64,000 nucleotides of DNA, taken from assembly GCF_002113885.1 (NCBI RefSeq), contig NW_018405529.1, positions 415,446-479,445 of the forward strand, in the 5' to 3' direction. A model generated the notes under the pieces. That model was not told the DNA's origin. It saw only the letters and a program-made list of their open reading frames with translations, and did not search any database. Position 1 is the stretch's first letter. Each line of letters starts with the position of its first letter. This DNA is from Mizuhopecten yessoensis (lineage: Eukaryota). The position numbers and the translations under genes were made by a program. Shown here piece after piece: positions 13,201-25,559 of this stretch.

Positions 13201-16200
13201 CCAAAATGTGATTTCCCTATATAAACTAAAGTAAAGTTTACCCCCTTCACAGGGGTAAACGTGAGACCCCAGGGACATGAAATTCACAATTTTGGTAAAG
13301 CACCTTAAGACCCTTCCATCTATGAAAAGTATTTGATTCTACCATATCTGTGTCTTGAGAAGAAGATTTTGAAATTTTAGTCAATTTTACCCTTTTTGGC
13401 CCTGCCGCTCAGGCCCCTGGGGGCTGGGGACCAAACCGGCCACTACTTTTGTTGACCTTTTGCCATGAAAGGTTTCTGCAAAATTTCATTGAAATTGGTT
13501 CAGGGGTTTTGGAGAAGAAGTCGAAAACGTAAATTGTTTACGGACGCACGACGGACGACGCCGGACAAAAGGCGATCGCAATAGGTCACTCGAGACTTTG
13601 TCCCAGGTGACCTAAAAAGCTAGACCGTACAGACAGCGTCAATGCTTGACTTGACAGTCTTCACATGTGCTTTCCCGAATCAGAGTCACGAAAACAAACA
13701 CTCCTCCAACCTTAATTTGAGTTGCTAAAACGCTCAAACCCAGTGCGGGAATTTCACCACCACAATACTCGTAGAATGCACCAGAGATAAATGTTTTGTT
13801 TGGTGAAGGGTATCTGAAGCTTTAAGTAACCCCCTGGTGAGTGTCAGAGATTCTACTTTCTATTTACGATAACGAAACTATATAGCGGAAGCATGCAAGA
13901 CTGAATTATGCGCACGCACCCCGAACGGAAGTGGGTCCGTCATTTCGTCTCTTGACAGAATCAATAAGCCGCTCAACTCTCGCCAAGAGTGGCTTAAAAA
14001 AATGATAATGCCATAGATTAGTATTGCATTAATGTAAATCAATTTAATAAATGCTGAAATGATGTCAAATAAATTATCTATAAACGATTAAAAATTGACA
14101 TTTTATAATAAAACCATATATACACAAAGTAGTTGCAGGTAAGAGTTATCTTTCTTGAAAAACTTCACAGTAGTGAAATAGGTAGCCGGTTTCCTGAAGT
14201 ACAGAACAAGAGATCCCAGAGGGATCTTGGCGCCCACCATTGTGCCATCTTCATTAGTTCTATGTCAGTTGTTCTTTTCTCTTCTTTCCGCTAATCTGTT
14301 TGATCGAGTCATGTTAACAGTAAATGCACCATGAGGTAACTTTTGATCTAAACTTAATACTGATGTGTATGAAAACCAACCTTCAAAGTGAGTTTTGTCA
14401 TTTCACATATTTACTAGTACAGTACTGAAAGAAATAGAATCGATCATTACAATATGAGAAAGATCTTTTTAGTTCTTCCTTTAGCCATTTAGTTTTTATG
14501 ATCAGTCTCAAAATATAACATGCATAACGAGGGATCAAGGGGAACCTACATATCAAATTTGAGAAAGATCCCTCAAGTTATTCCTGTGAAATAGTACTAA
14601 CAAACCTTCAATGTAAAAAATCCAAGATGGCTGTCGGTAGGCCATTTTGTTTAACTGATCAGTTTCAAAAGTAAACATGAACAAATAAAAGGATAGTGGG
14701 GAACCTGCATTGGCTGGCCCCAAAAATATTTTTTGGGCGAGTAAAAAATTTGAAGCACTGGCCCAAATGACATATTGGTGGCTCAAATAATTTTGGGAAG
14801 AAATATTTCCACAGCATTTAACATAATGTTTCGGCACATTTAAACTACATATACATGTAACATGACAATGTTTGTAATATGTAAAACAGATTAAAACATT
14901 ATATTTTAAATTCTTCAACCCTAATTAAAACCTGACATGTTTCCAAAAGAAATACACAAAATGTGTTCCCCAAAGAAGACACCCTGGTCGTATTTATATA
15001 GAAAATCTGAAGAAAAAAAATATCATCACATTTTTTAAATCTTGGACAGTTCGATTCAAATTGAAGTAATGACAACTGAAAAATATACTGCCCCCAGTTA
15101 ATGTGGAAGGGACTATAATTTCTTTTATTCATAAATTTTTGACAGTCGCCCAAACTATTTGTGACTACCTCACTTTTGACAACTTTTGGTCGCCCAAGCA
15201 AGAATTTAATCGCCATTGGCGAGCAGGCGACCATCCATTTCAGGCACTGCTGCACAACAAGGGAACAAGGGAAACCTACATATAAAATTTAAGAAAGATC
15301 CCTCTGGTACATTTGTACTTTCGGAGAAATGGCGGTAACAAATCTTCACTATCAAAATCCAAGATAGCTGCCTTTCGACCATGTTGTTTATCCGATCAGT
15401 CTCAAAAGTTGCCCTGCACAGTAAGGGACCGAGGGGAATCTACATACAAAATAAGAGAAAGATCCCTCTGGTACTTCCCGAGAAATAGTGATAACAAACT
15501 TTCACTATCAAAATCCAAGATGGCTGCCTGTTGGCCATGTTGTTTATTCGATCAGTCTCAAAAGTTGCCCTACACAGCTTAGGACCAAGGGGAACCTACA
15601 TAAAAAAATTAAGAAAGATCCCTCTGGTACTTCTTGAGAAATACCGATAACAAGAATTGTTTACGGACAGATGATGGACGACAGACCACGGACGGACCAC
15701 GGACGCAGGGTGATTTAAGTAGCCCACCATGGTGGGCTAAAAATGGACACATGTGGCTCATTGATAAAAACAAGAGGCCCAATGGGCCTGCATTGCTCAC
15801 CTGGTATTAATCTCACACTTGTAATCTTCACTTGTAATCTTAAAAGTGGACTAAAATACAGCTACAGGCAGAATATCAGTGTTTGATTCATAAGAACCTA
15901 TTAAAAGATTTAAACATATGACGCATGTGACCTTGAATGTCGAACAAGGACATTAGGTTGAACAGAGTTTATAGTCTTCCAACCCAGCATGCTTCTGGCA
16001 AAATTTCATTACCCTGGATCTTTTGGTTATACAGAACAAATCATTTAAGGATTTAAACATATATTGACCACTGTGACCTTGAATATGGGCAAAGGTCATT
16101 CACTTTGTAGTCCTTCATCCTAGCATGTTAATGGCCAAATATCATCACCCTTGGCCTGCTTATTAAGACGTCTAAAGAAGTTTAAAGGTTTTTAACATAT

Positions 16201-19034
16201 TTGACCCATGTGACCTTGAATATATGTCAAGGTCGTTCATTTGAACAAACTTGGTAGTCCTTCATCCCAGAATGTTACTGGCATTATCCTAGGCCTCTTG
16301 GTTATTCAAAAGAAGTTCTTTTAAAGGTTTTTTAACATATTCAACCCTTGTGACCTTGAATATAAGTCAAGGTCATTTGAACAAACTTGGTAGCCCTTCA
16401 TCCAAGCATGTTACTGGCAAAATATCATCACCTTATACCTCTTGGTTATTCAGAGGTTATTAAAAGGTTTTTTCATTTGGACAAACTCGGTAGTCCTTTA
16501 TTCCAGCATGCTACTGGCCAAATATCATCATCATCCTAGGCATTTTGGTTATTGAGAAGAAGTTGTATTACAGGTTTTTAACATATTTGACCCCTGTGAC
16601 CTTGAATATAAGTCAAGTTCATTCATTTGAACAAACTTGTGGTCCGTCATCCTAGCATGCAACAGACCCAATTTCAGTACCCTGAGCCTTTTGGTTATTG
16701 AGAAGTCGTTTTTAAGATTTTACGACATTTGAACCCTGTGACCTTTAANCTTCATCCCAGCATGCTACAGGCCCAATATCAGTACCCTGGGCCTTTTGGT
16801 TATTGAGGAGAAGTTGTTTAAAGATTTTAACATATTTGACCCCTGTTACCTTGAAAGTGGGTCAAGGTCATTCATTTGAACAAACTTGGTAGTCTTTCAT
16901 CCAAGCATGCTACAGGCCCAATATCAGTACCCTGGGCCTTTTGGTTATTGAGAAGAAGTTGTTTGAAGATTTTAAAACATTTGACCCCTGTGACCTTGAA
17001 AGTTGGTCAAGGTCATTCATTTGAACAAACTTGGTAACCCTTTATACCAGCATGCTACAGGCCCAATATCAGTTCCCTGGGCCTTTCGGTTATTGAGAAG
17101 AAGTTGTTTAAAGTAAAATATTGGCGCCGGCACCGCACCACTGCATTATAACTGAATTAATGCCTGGATTGCTTTGAAATACTTTATTATTGAGAGAACA
17201 CACTGTTCTGTCAATAATAAACATACAATAATCACCATTATAAGATCATGGACAAAACCTAAACATAAATATAATGACTCATTACACAGTTATTACGGTA
17301 CAATGTATTTCTGTATTCTAATATTCTGCCAAGAATGACAACTCTTTGGTAATATATTTATTAACAATGTTTTCTACTTACTTTTCCTGTATTTTTGGCA
17401 CTTTGTAACACAAAAAGGTCTGAGAATATGCGGAAATTGTGATACTGTCTCCCTACATTGCATTTTCAACTAGGGATGTACTTCCTATTTCCGTTTATCA
17501 ATACACTCATTCGACCTTAACATCTGGGCCAACGAGAGTGATCAATATAAGTTGTAATAACTTGTTTCATAATTGTTGTAAAATATTTTACATTCAGAAA
17601 CCAAGTATTTTTTGTTTACCTTTTCTGCAGTGAGAACAATCATTACTTATTTATGTGTTGTGTGGTCATAAAGCACTTACATAAATTTTGTTTACCTGTT
17701 TTAAAGACAGAAAACTGATTTTGTCATTAATCTACCTGTTCTGTTGACAGTTTTATGGTTATCTTGTTCCATCCGCAGAAAGCCTCTCATAAATCCTTTA
17801 CCTGATCCATATTAAAATATATCATTAACTCATGTATTATTTACCTGCTCTGACCACTTCTTTCCATATCTAATGAAGGCCGCAAAATGTTCACAGTTAT
17901 TCCACAGAACATTGTAGCCTATCTCTCCGACCATCTCCATGGCTACCCGCACCATCTCGTGTGGTTGACGAGGCCTGAAAACAGAACAGCCTACCAGTAT
18001 ATATACTATACAAACTGACATTGTTTATGTAGGAACAGAGGTATGTAAAAACTTAAGTGAGAAGACTAAATACATCAACAGCTAAGGTTTCAATACTACA
18101 TATTTCCTATCTACATATATACATACGAGCATTTCCTGTCCTTTCCATTATTTATTTTCGCTTTACATTTGAGGGCAATTTTCCAGAAGTCATCAATCAT
18201 CACCCAGGCTTTGCTGAAATTCTTTCCACAGATAGTAAATACACTCCCAGAGTTGATGTTCCCATTAATACCATCATTGTCCCCTCCAGACAGGTGCACA
18301 ATCCTTCCTTCACCTTACCAGAAAAATAAGGAGGAAAACAACAACAAATCAATAAACATTATCTTCATAGTGTTTCAACAATTGTAAAACAGTTAAATAT
18401 AGTTTTGTTCCAGTACAGTAGCACTACAAAGTAAAGTATTCATTATATTGCAACAGCATGTTTTAATCTACCACTGATATGTTTGAGCTTAATTTGCAAT
18501 CAAATCTTCTTGACGTGGACATGGATAAACATGATGCCCAGCCATGGCAACTTTTTGTGCCTTTCTCTTTCAAAATATTCATCTCGTATCTAGAAAACTG
18601 TATTTTTGCCCTTTAAAAAATCATTGCAGTTTCTGATCAAGGAAAATTCCCAAAGATTACGATGTGACAAGATGGAATATGTTAGCCCAAAGCATTGTTA
18701 CATTACATCATAACTAAAAGTCTGACCAATGAAGTTGTGTCCAGGGTGTCACTTACTGGTTGGTAACAAAAATATTTACCAACTCCAAGCAGGATTACCT
18801 ATAGAGTTGATAGTGAGGAAGAGAACAGGTTCTGGAATATGTCACAATGTTACATTGATCCACATTTACATTGTTCTATCAGATACTATTCAGCCCCCAT
18901 TCACAGTATCACCTACCTAAATAGACACCCCAATGGGAGTACCAGCCTCTTGGGAACTCCACCATGTCTCCAATCTTAAGGTCATTGAGGACTGTAGCAT
19001 TATGGGATTGTACTGACATAGAGTTTCCAGCCAT
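10202..19034 (-). CDS. PLAAT/HRASLS-family (LRAT-like, NlpC/P60) phospholipase A/acyltransferase, ~181 aa, 4 coding exons
   Basis: Exons 19034-18917, 18313-18127, 17974-17845 and 10312-10202 have GT-AG junctions with matching phases 1, 2, 0. Protein: MAGNSMSVQSHNATVLNDLKIGDMVEFPRGWYSHWGVYLGEGRIVHLSG...YNVLWNNCEHFAAFIRYGKKWSEQADTALAWTVAAASTVAVSGLLYNFFKGPEDNKEAKK*. It has the GD, HWGVY, VH and NCEHF motifs and a C-terminal hydrophobic segment. Confidence 0.92.
11312..11450 (+). mobile_element. V-SINE-like fragment
   Basis: A tRNA-like head (ggtggcacggtagatatcacactcgcctttcacc) is followed by gtgggttttctcaagtactccggtttcctcccac, the V-domain motif. Confidence 0.6.
12567..13618 (+). mobile_element. 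Complete Helentron-associated (HINE/pearl-like) element
   Basis: Head aacaagaggcccatgggcc...ggtcacctg, internal tandem repeats (~304-bp period), a GGAC-type microsatellite at ~13540-13567 and a 3' hairpin taggtcac...caggtgacctaaaaa. Confidence 0.8.
14205..15743 (+). mobile_element. HINE/pearl-like element with a nested hAT-like fragment (~14710-15249)
   Basis: Head aacaagagatcccagagggatcttggcgcccacc, ~160-bp units (gaaagatccctc), a GGAC microsatellite and the 3' palindrome tagcccaccatggtgggctaaaaa. The repeat array is interrupted by an unrelated block ending ...catttcaggcactg. Confidence 0.75.
15769..17150 (+). mobile_element. HINE/pearl-like element with a ~145-bp satellite array
   Basis: Head aacaagaggcccaatgggcc...ctcacctg and about 8 units of ttgacccctgtgaccttgaa...caaggtcattcatttgaacaaacttgg. 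There is one N at 16749. Confidence 0.8.
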
Positions 19035-19137
19035 ATTGCATTAACTTCTGAAATGAAAAATAACAAAACAATAAAAATTGAAAAATAATAATAACAAATA
19101 GTTGAATTAGGTTTAAGATTGAAAGGACAACAGAAAA

Positions 19138-19345
19138 ACAAGAGATCCAAAGGGATGTTGGCACCTACAATTGTACAACCTTTATTACTCAATCTAAGAC
19201 TGATCTTTCGTCTTATTTTCTCTTATCTGTTAGATTGAGAATCATGTCAACAGTAAATACATCAAGTGATAACTTTAGATCAAAATTTTATACTGCTGTT
19301 TTTGCCATTGTCCTTTCAAAGTGAGATTGTCCTTTCACATATTGA
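19138..19345 (+). mobile_element. Diverged 5' part of the 14205-family HINE
   Basis: aacaagagatccaaagggatgttggcacctac...catgtcaacagtaaat aligns by eye with 14205-14410. Confidence 0.65.
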
Positions 19346-19729
19346 CAACTAGTGCATCAAACAGGAGTACAAAAGACATTCCTGCTTTCTTGCATCCTTC
19401 TTTTTCTTTCTATGAAGTACAAAATGAAATGTGCAAAACAAGAGAGCAGGAAGAACCTATTTAAGGAAGAACATTTCTAAGAAACAGGGCCAACAAACAT
19501 CAATGGTTAAATTCAAGATATTGAACAGGGCCGTCCTTTTTTCTCAATCAAGGTAAATAAGAAACATGCACAAAAAAAGCCTAGTTGGGAACTTTGTAAA
19601 AATCTACCACCTGGCAACAATCTTGTTCTCGCACGCAGTTTCAAATCTGAACATGCAAAACTAAGGACCAATGAACATCTTCTTGTGATATTTGAGAATG
19701 ATTCCTTTGGACTGGGTCAATCGTCAGCG

Positions 19730-20075
19730 ACCAAGTATATTTAGCTACATCATGTAAATTGGTAGAGCGTCCTTCTAGAGTTTTGGAGGTCCCTGGTTGT
19801 AATCCCGGTCTAGCCATTGCATTTCTCTTTTTCATGTTACAAAATTGGCAAGCTTGCAAACCCTTGTTTCAAGTACTGCGTGAATGCTTGGCAGGGGAAT
19901 ATCTGAACCTGAATTGTAAATAGTGATGTCTTTGAGGGGGGAAAAGGGAGGAATGTAAAGGAACTGGACTGGGTTGATTGTCGGCAACCAGGTGGCTCCA
20001 TTAGTAGAGCCACCGTCTAGAGTTCAGGAGGTCCTGAGTTTAAATCCAGTCTTGCTGTTGCATCTCTCCTTCTTC
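19730..20075 (+). repeat. Twin degenerate tRNA-like modules (SINE-like)
   Basis: Two related cassettes with A/B-box remnants: ttggtagagcgtccttctagagttttggaggtccctggttgtaatccc (~19759-19806) and tagtagagccaccgtctagagttcaggaggtcctgagtttaaatcc (~20002-20047). Confidence 0.55.
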
Positions 20076-20464
20076 TATTTAAAAATCCCTCTCAAAATTA
20101 AACACACTCAACGAAAGAGACCATAAGGATTAATCTGAAGACATTTGAGAAAGATTTAACTTGTACTTACCTTCTGAGAAAAAGCGATAAGCTTCAAATG
20201 TCCAAATTAATCCACCATCTACAGCCCACCACTAGAGAATTGTATGCTAAAAAAATAATCTTATTTCATCAATATGAGTTTTCTCCTTTATTTCTATAGC
20301 TTTCAGACCTAACTGAATTACTACAAGAGTAAAATACCTTACTAACATGCATATGGGTAAACTATCATATCAAACTGTACTTGTATAGACATCACATACA
20401 AATGAATCACATGACCAATGTACATGTGTAATGCAATGGAATATGTGTTTCTTACATAATGTTC

Positions 20465-21015
20465 ATAAGATAAGATCAGATAAGATTTTTTTTATCTAAA
20501 GTCGGCGAATATTTGACCGACATGCATGTTACATAAATAAACATTCATACTTATACAAGATAGGCAATACAAATACTATATTTGATAAAACACATCAGAC
20601 TTCAAGTTATTTTCAATAAGGACAGATTTGACACATTGCAGTTAGACAAAATATCTAGAATATTTTAAAACACATCAGATTTCATATAAAGTCAATAAAT
20701 TAGCACTGATCCAATAAAATACATGTAAAATTGACACAGGAGAGGTGTGTAGAAGTGAAGGGGCTGGGGTTGAGGTTTAATTTGCAGGCTGAACATTTGC
20801 ATTGTGTACCGTTCCGGGAGGATATTAAAGATTTGAAGTGAGTGAAGTTATTTGTTGTCCTAAATGTGCTGAGTAGATTGCTCCAAAGGCAGGCTGCTGT
20901 GTATCTGAAGGATGTCATGCTGTATGTAGTGGTTCTAACTTGTGGAATGTTAATATGTTGGTTAGTAGTGTATCTGAAACTGTCTGTAGTTTTGGGTTTT
21001 AGGTGTGACAATGTT
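20465..21015 (-). mobile_element. 3' end of a CR1/L2-group LINE with a short-repeat tail
   Basis: ORF 20700-21011 has IPQVRTTTY...SFRYTAACLWSNL...FKSLI...CKCSAC. The minus-strand 3' end finishes in an (ATCTT)n-like tail at ~20466-20486. Confidence 0.8.
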
Positions 21016-21331
21016 GTGGGGGGTATGGGTTGTGGTTTCTTGTATAATTGTATGTTTCTATTGCCATTTCTCTCATTCTTCTTATTTTTAAAGTAGTTCT
21101 GTGTGCCCTGGTCAATAGGTCATCGTAAGAATATCTACTTTTGTAACATCTGTTTCAGAACAGAAGTGCCAGGAAAGTGGGCAGAAGTGAAAATGTGAAA
21201 GAATAAAGGTGTGGAATATTGTGAGTTTATTAAGACTGTTGATGTGTTTTCTAATTTTGTAAAGTACATTTAGTTCATATCAAATTATTATTGTGCAATA
21301 TAGAAGACTTTAAAAATAATATAATCATTCA

Positions 21332-21452
21332 TATATGGTAACGTTTAGGGTTAATTATCGTCATTATTTTGATATATGGTAACGTTTAGGGTTAATTATT
21401 GTCATTATTTTGATATATGGTAACGTTTAGGGTTAATTATTGTCATTATTTT
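21332..21452. repeat. 41-bp tandem repeat x3
   Basis: atatggtaacgtttagggttaattat(c/t)gtcattattttgat repeated three times. Confidence 0.9.
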
Positions 21453-21608
21453 GTCAATGGTCATTCAATCTCGGTAATGTGAAAATGACAGGCCAAAAAG
21501 CCTAAATAAGCTCATTTATGGTGCCCTAATTTTTCTTCTTTTGGGCCCTATTTCTCTATCTTAGAGGACCACATGCTTTATATACAATGTAGTCTCCTAG
21601 CTTGGCCC

Positions 21609-21694
21609 TAATTCCTGTAGGAACTCTATCTAAATCAGAGATTTATAACGATAGATATAAATCTCTGATCTAGATAGAGTTCATACAGGAATTA
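21609..21694. mobile_element. 86-bp palindromic MITE with a 9-bp target-site duplication
   Basis: Arms taattcctgtaggaactctatctaaatcagagatttata and tataaatctctgatctagatagagttcatacaggaatta, flanked on both sides by gcttggccc. Confidence 0.85.
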
Positions 21695-23130
21695 GCTTGG
21701 CCCATGCCCGGTTCTTTGTTAACTAAAGGTTGACTATTTTTTGTAGTTGTGTATGTACAACAATTACCGAGTCTGTTCTTATTTTGAGTAAAATGGAGTA
21801 GGAGAGCGGGGTATTTACCCTGTTTGTATTCACAGGCTCCAGCTATGTAGTTTTTTTCTGGGACTTGTTGATAATTGGCCCTATTCCCATTTGAAACTAT
21901 TTCATGTTCATGTTTATGTTTAAGGTATTTCAGTGTCAGTGTATTAGGATGTGATTCGCAAAAAAAGGTATTGCGGTGTTTCCAAAGGTTCAGTATACCT
22001 GATAATGGGACCTGTCATAATAAAATGAAACACGAATATAATAAAACGGACCTTGGATACACTTACCTTGATTTGGGATCCCTGAGCATGTTCAATCTAC
22101 TTTCGTTTTTTGCATTACACTACAAACGGACGATTATATTAGTTAGCTACATGTTCTAAAAAATATATTCACCAGGACTTTCCGACAAAAAGTTATAGAC
22201 AAAAAAGCAACGAAACGCTTTAAGCATAGTTGTACATTGAGGTGTAAATTCGAAACCCCTACTCTGTGACTGAAAATAAATAATTCTGTCGATGACTAAT
22301 TATGATCTTGTAAATGTTTGTAGAATATGTAACAAAAAGAAACGGATAGGGACATAGATCCGGATTTTCCTGAATACTGTAGTAATAAAGTATTAACTTA
22401 ATGTCATTTTTTTAAACTTTTCACATATTTCTTGTCTTCCCTACTTNTTTTCTCCTTTTACCTATACATTGTATTGACAAGAGTGATAATGTGAAAAGGG
22501 GAGAAGTTCATAATTAACTCGCTTAAATCATGTCACAAAGTCAAAAAGTGTCAACACAGTTCGGTTTATAAGTCTTTCCAAATTTCTTACATGTCATCGA
22601 CAAAATATCATGTTTTAACTAATTTTATCACTAGCACAATAAATTGGGCTTGAATCTGGGGTTGAGCCTAAGAACATCAGTTACATGAATACATACGGGC
22701 CCAGAGCATATGATGGATTGTGGATGCTATGAATGATATCCTTATAAGAATCGTACTGCCATATATCTCTCAGTTTTGGGGGAGGACATTGTTGTTGATC
22801 AGAATCACTTCTTGTTGGGGTGTGTTGACCTGTTACACTTACTTCGTTGTTGGAGAATTATAGATTGGCTACTATCACTCATATCATTTGAGAACAGAGA
22901 GTTTAAAATGTATCGGTCACTTTTGGGTGGACGCACATGTAATTGTTGACAATTTTCACCCAATTATGATGAAGACATATTGCTGTTGACATATTGCAAT
23001 ATGTCTCACGTTTGTGTTGGACCACGGAATTAGATTAGACCGTGATTGGACATAGATGTTGACCTGTATCAATATATATTTGTGTGTGTGTGTGTGNNNN
23101 NNNNNNNNNNNNNNNNNNNNNNNNNNNNNN

Positions 23131-23720
23131 CATATAACACTGGATCCTACATATAACACTGGATCCTACATATAACACTGGATCCTACATATAACACTGG
23201 ATCCTACATATAACACTGGATCCTACATATAACACTGGATCCTACATATAACACTGGATCCTACATATAACACTGGATCCTACATATAACACTGGATCCT
23301 ACATATAACACTGGATCCTACATATAACACTGGATCCTACATATAACACTGGATCCTACATATAACACTGGATCCTACATATAACACTGGATCCTACATA
23401 TAACACTGGATCCTACATATAACACTGGATCCTACATATAACACTGGATCCTACATATAACACTGGATCCTACATATAACACTGGATCCTACATATAACA
23501 CTGGATCCTACATATAACACTGGATCCTACATATAACACTGGATCCTACATATAACACTGGATCCTACATATAACACTGGATCCTACATATAACACTGGA
23601 TCCTACATATAACACTGGATCCTACATATAACACTGGATCCTACATATAACACTGGATCCTACATATAACACTGGATCCTACATATAACACTGGATCCTA
23701 CATATAACACTGGATCCTAC
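23131..23720. repeat. Perfect 19-bp minisatellite x31 adjoining a gap and a (TG)n run
   Basis: catataacactggatccta repeated without variation. Confidence 0.97.
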
Positions 23721-24418
23721 TGGAGGTATGTCCGTAGGATACGAATTACTTAAAATATTATATGGGGCAAAGAAGTAGTTTCAACAGTGTCCGCACTGTT
23801 GGAATTACTTCTTTGCCCCCCATAATGTATACATATACATACATCAACGTTAGGACTACACTGTCACTTTGTATATATAATTTATACATAAATCTTGTAA
23901 TATTATCAGTAAATGGCTGCCAGTATCTGAATGGTTCGCAGGCACAATACACTTGTGTATATGTTTATGTGTGCTGTTACCCATATCGGTAAATCATATG
24001 TGTATTTCAGACATTTGTAACGAACCCTTGTGCTGTAACCATCCTGTCAAACACATGTATCGATAGTTATGATGGTACTTACTGGTCAAACACCCGAAAT
24101 GTCGCGTGAAAGAAAGAAGAAACCCTACTTTATTTTGGGTTTCCCAATTTGATCACGAGAACAGAACTTTCGTTTTGCATTATGATACCATTGACTAGAC
24201 GAAACCAGCAGGTACGTCATGAGCAACATGTAGGTGATGTCATGGGAATTATCTAAGAAACCAAAAGTGAAACTTAACGAAATGTTAATTTCGTCGTTAC
24301 AGTTGAAGTCTGAAATCGAAAATATATTTCATTTTGTGATTTATTTTCTACAATTTATTTGATAACAGATAATCGTGTTGACATATATAGATAATGTAAA
24401 ATGCCGAAAAAACGAGAT

Positions 24419-24670
24419 CTCAGGGACCTGATAGTTTGTTACAGCTATATTTGAACCTAAATTAAGGTGTTCAGAGTAATTTTACCTGTTTTAGGGGTTT
24501 AGATCGACTTTCGGTAAAAATAACACCCCCAATGATCATGTATAGGAGCATGATCATTGGGGGGTCATTTTTACCGAAAGTCGATCTAAATCCCTAAAGC
24601 AGGTAAATGACTCTGAACACCTTATAGTTTAGGTCCAAAAACAGCTGTAACAAATTATCAGGTCCCTGTG
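24419..24670. mobile_element. ~250-bp fold-back MITE
   Basis: cagggacctgatagtttgttacagct... and ...agctgtaacaaattatcaggtccctg form ~120-bp imperfect inverted arms. A related half copy lies at 61904-62056. Confidence 0.85.
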
Positions 24671-25559
24671 TCTCAGATCACAGTTAATTCACAAATTAAT
24701 AACTGTTGAGACTTATGTTTGATTGAACGAAAAACTAAAGAATTATTTGTTTGTCAGATTAAATTTTGAAATTGTGAAAATATATAAAACACAGGCTTTA
24801 GAAATACCAGAGACAAACATACGGGGTCATTTTTTAATATTACTCTTCTTTCCCTTCTTTTACCAATTCAGATTTATCCAACTGGGCCATGTATCGAACA
24901 AAATCTAGATTTAAGTTGTAGTCTTGCAATTTAAATGTTTCCTTTGTTTTTTTATTGTTGCCATTTAACGAGTGATATTTTCATGATATATTTTGTAAAG
25001 TGCTGCCCGAAAACGAGCTTTCTGCGGCATTAATTCTCGAGTCACATCCACATTGCAGTAACATCTATGAGGATATATATGATTTTTTTTATTTTTTTAT
25101 GAATATATTTTGTCCCCATTGTTACAGTACATCAGCAAATTAAAAAAATCAGTTCACTGTAAAAAGTACCTTCATACATTATTGCGCATCAACACTTAAT
25201 AAAAAAAAAAGTCACATTCAGAAAACTGAGGTGCGTTTCATTTTTATTGTACATTAATTTCTGGCGTTAGAAAATATTGTATTGATAAATGCATTAAACT
25301 TACCTGTAAAATCTACAAATGTTATAACCACCGCATGGACCGACACTAACGTGCTCAGAATTATGTATAGGGTATATGTTGGTTTGTTAGTATTAACAAT
25401 TGCATTTATTGCAGCAAGATCCATATATTATATAGATATAGTGTACAAATATTGAATTGTATTGAACTTGTATGGCAATATATATATATATGGGCAGCTA
25501 TGTTGCCGTCACATATACAAGTTCCGTTTGAACGCTAGAAACTATATAATATTACGAGA

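Noticed and set aside
19730-20075. Functional tRNA genes
   Set aside because: The T-loop (GTTCRA) and stems are degenerate in both modules.
23131-23720. Regular short repeats (also 44206-44480 and 62586-63391) as CRISPR arrays
   Set aside because: The units are contiguous with no unique spacers, there are no cas genes, and the context is eukaryotic.
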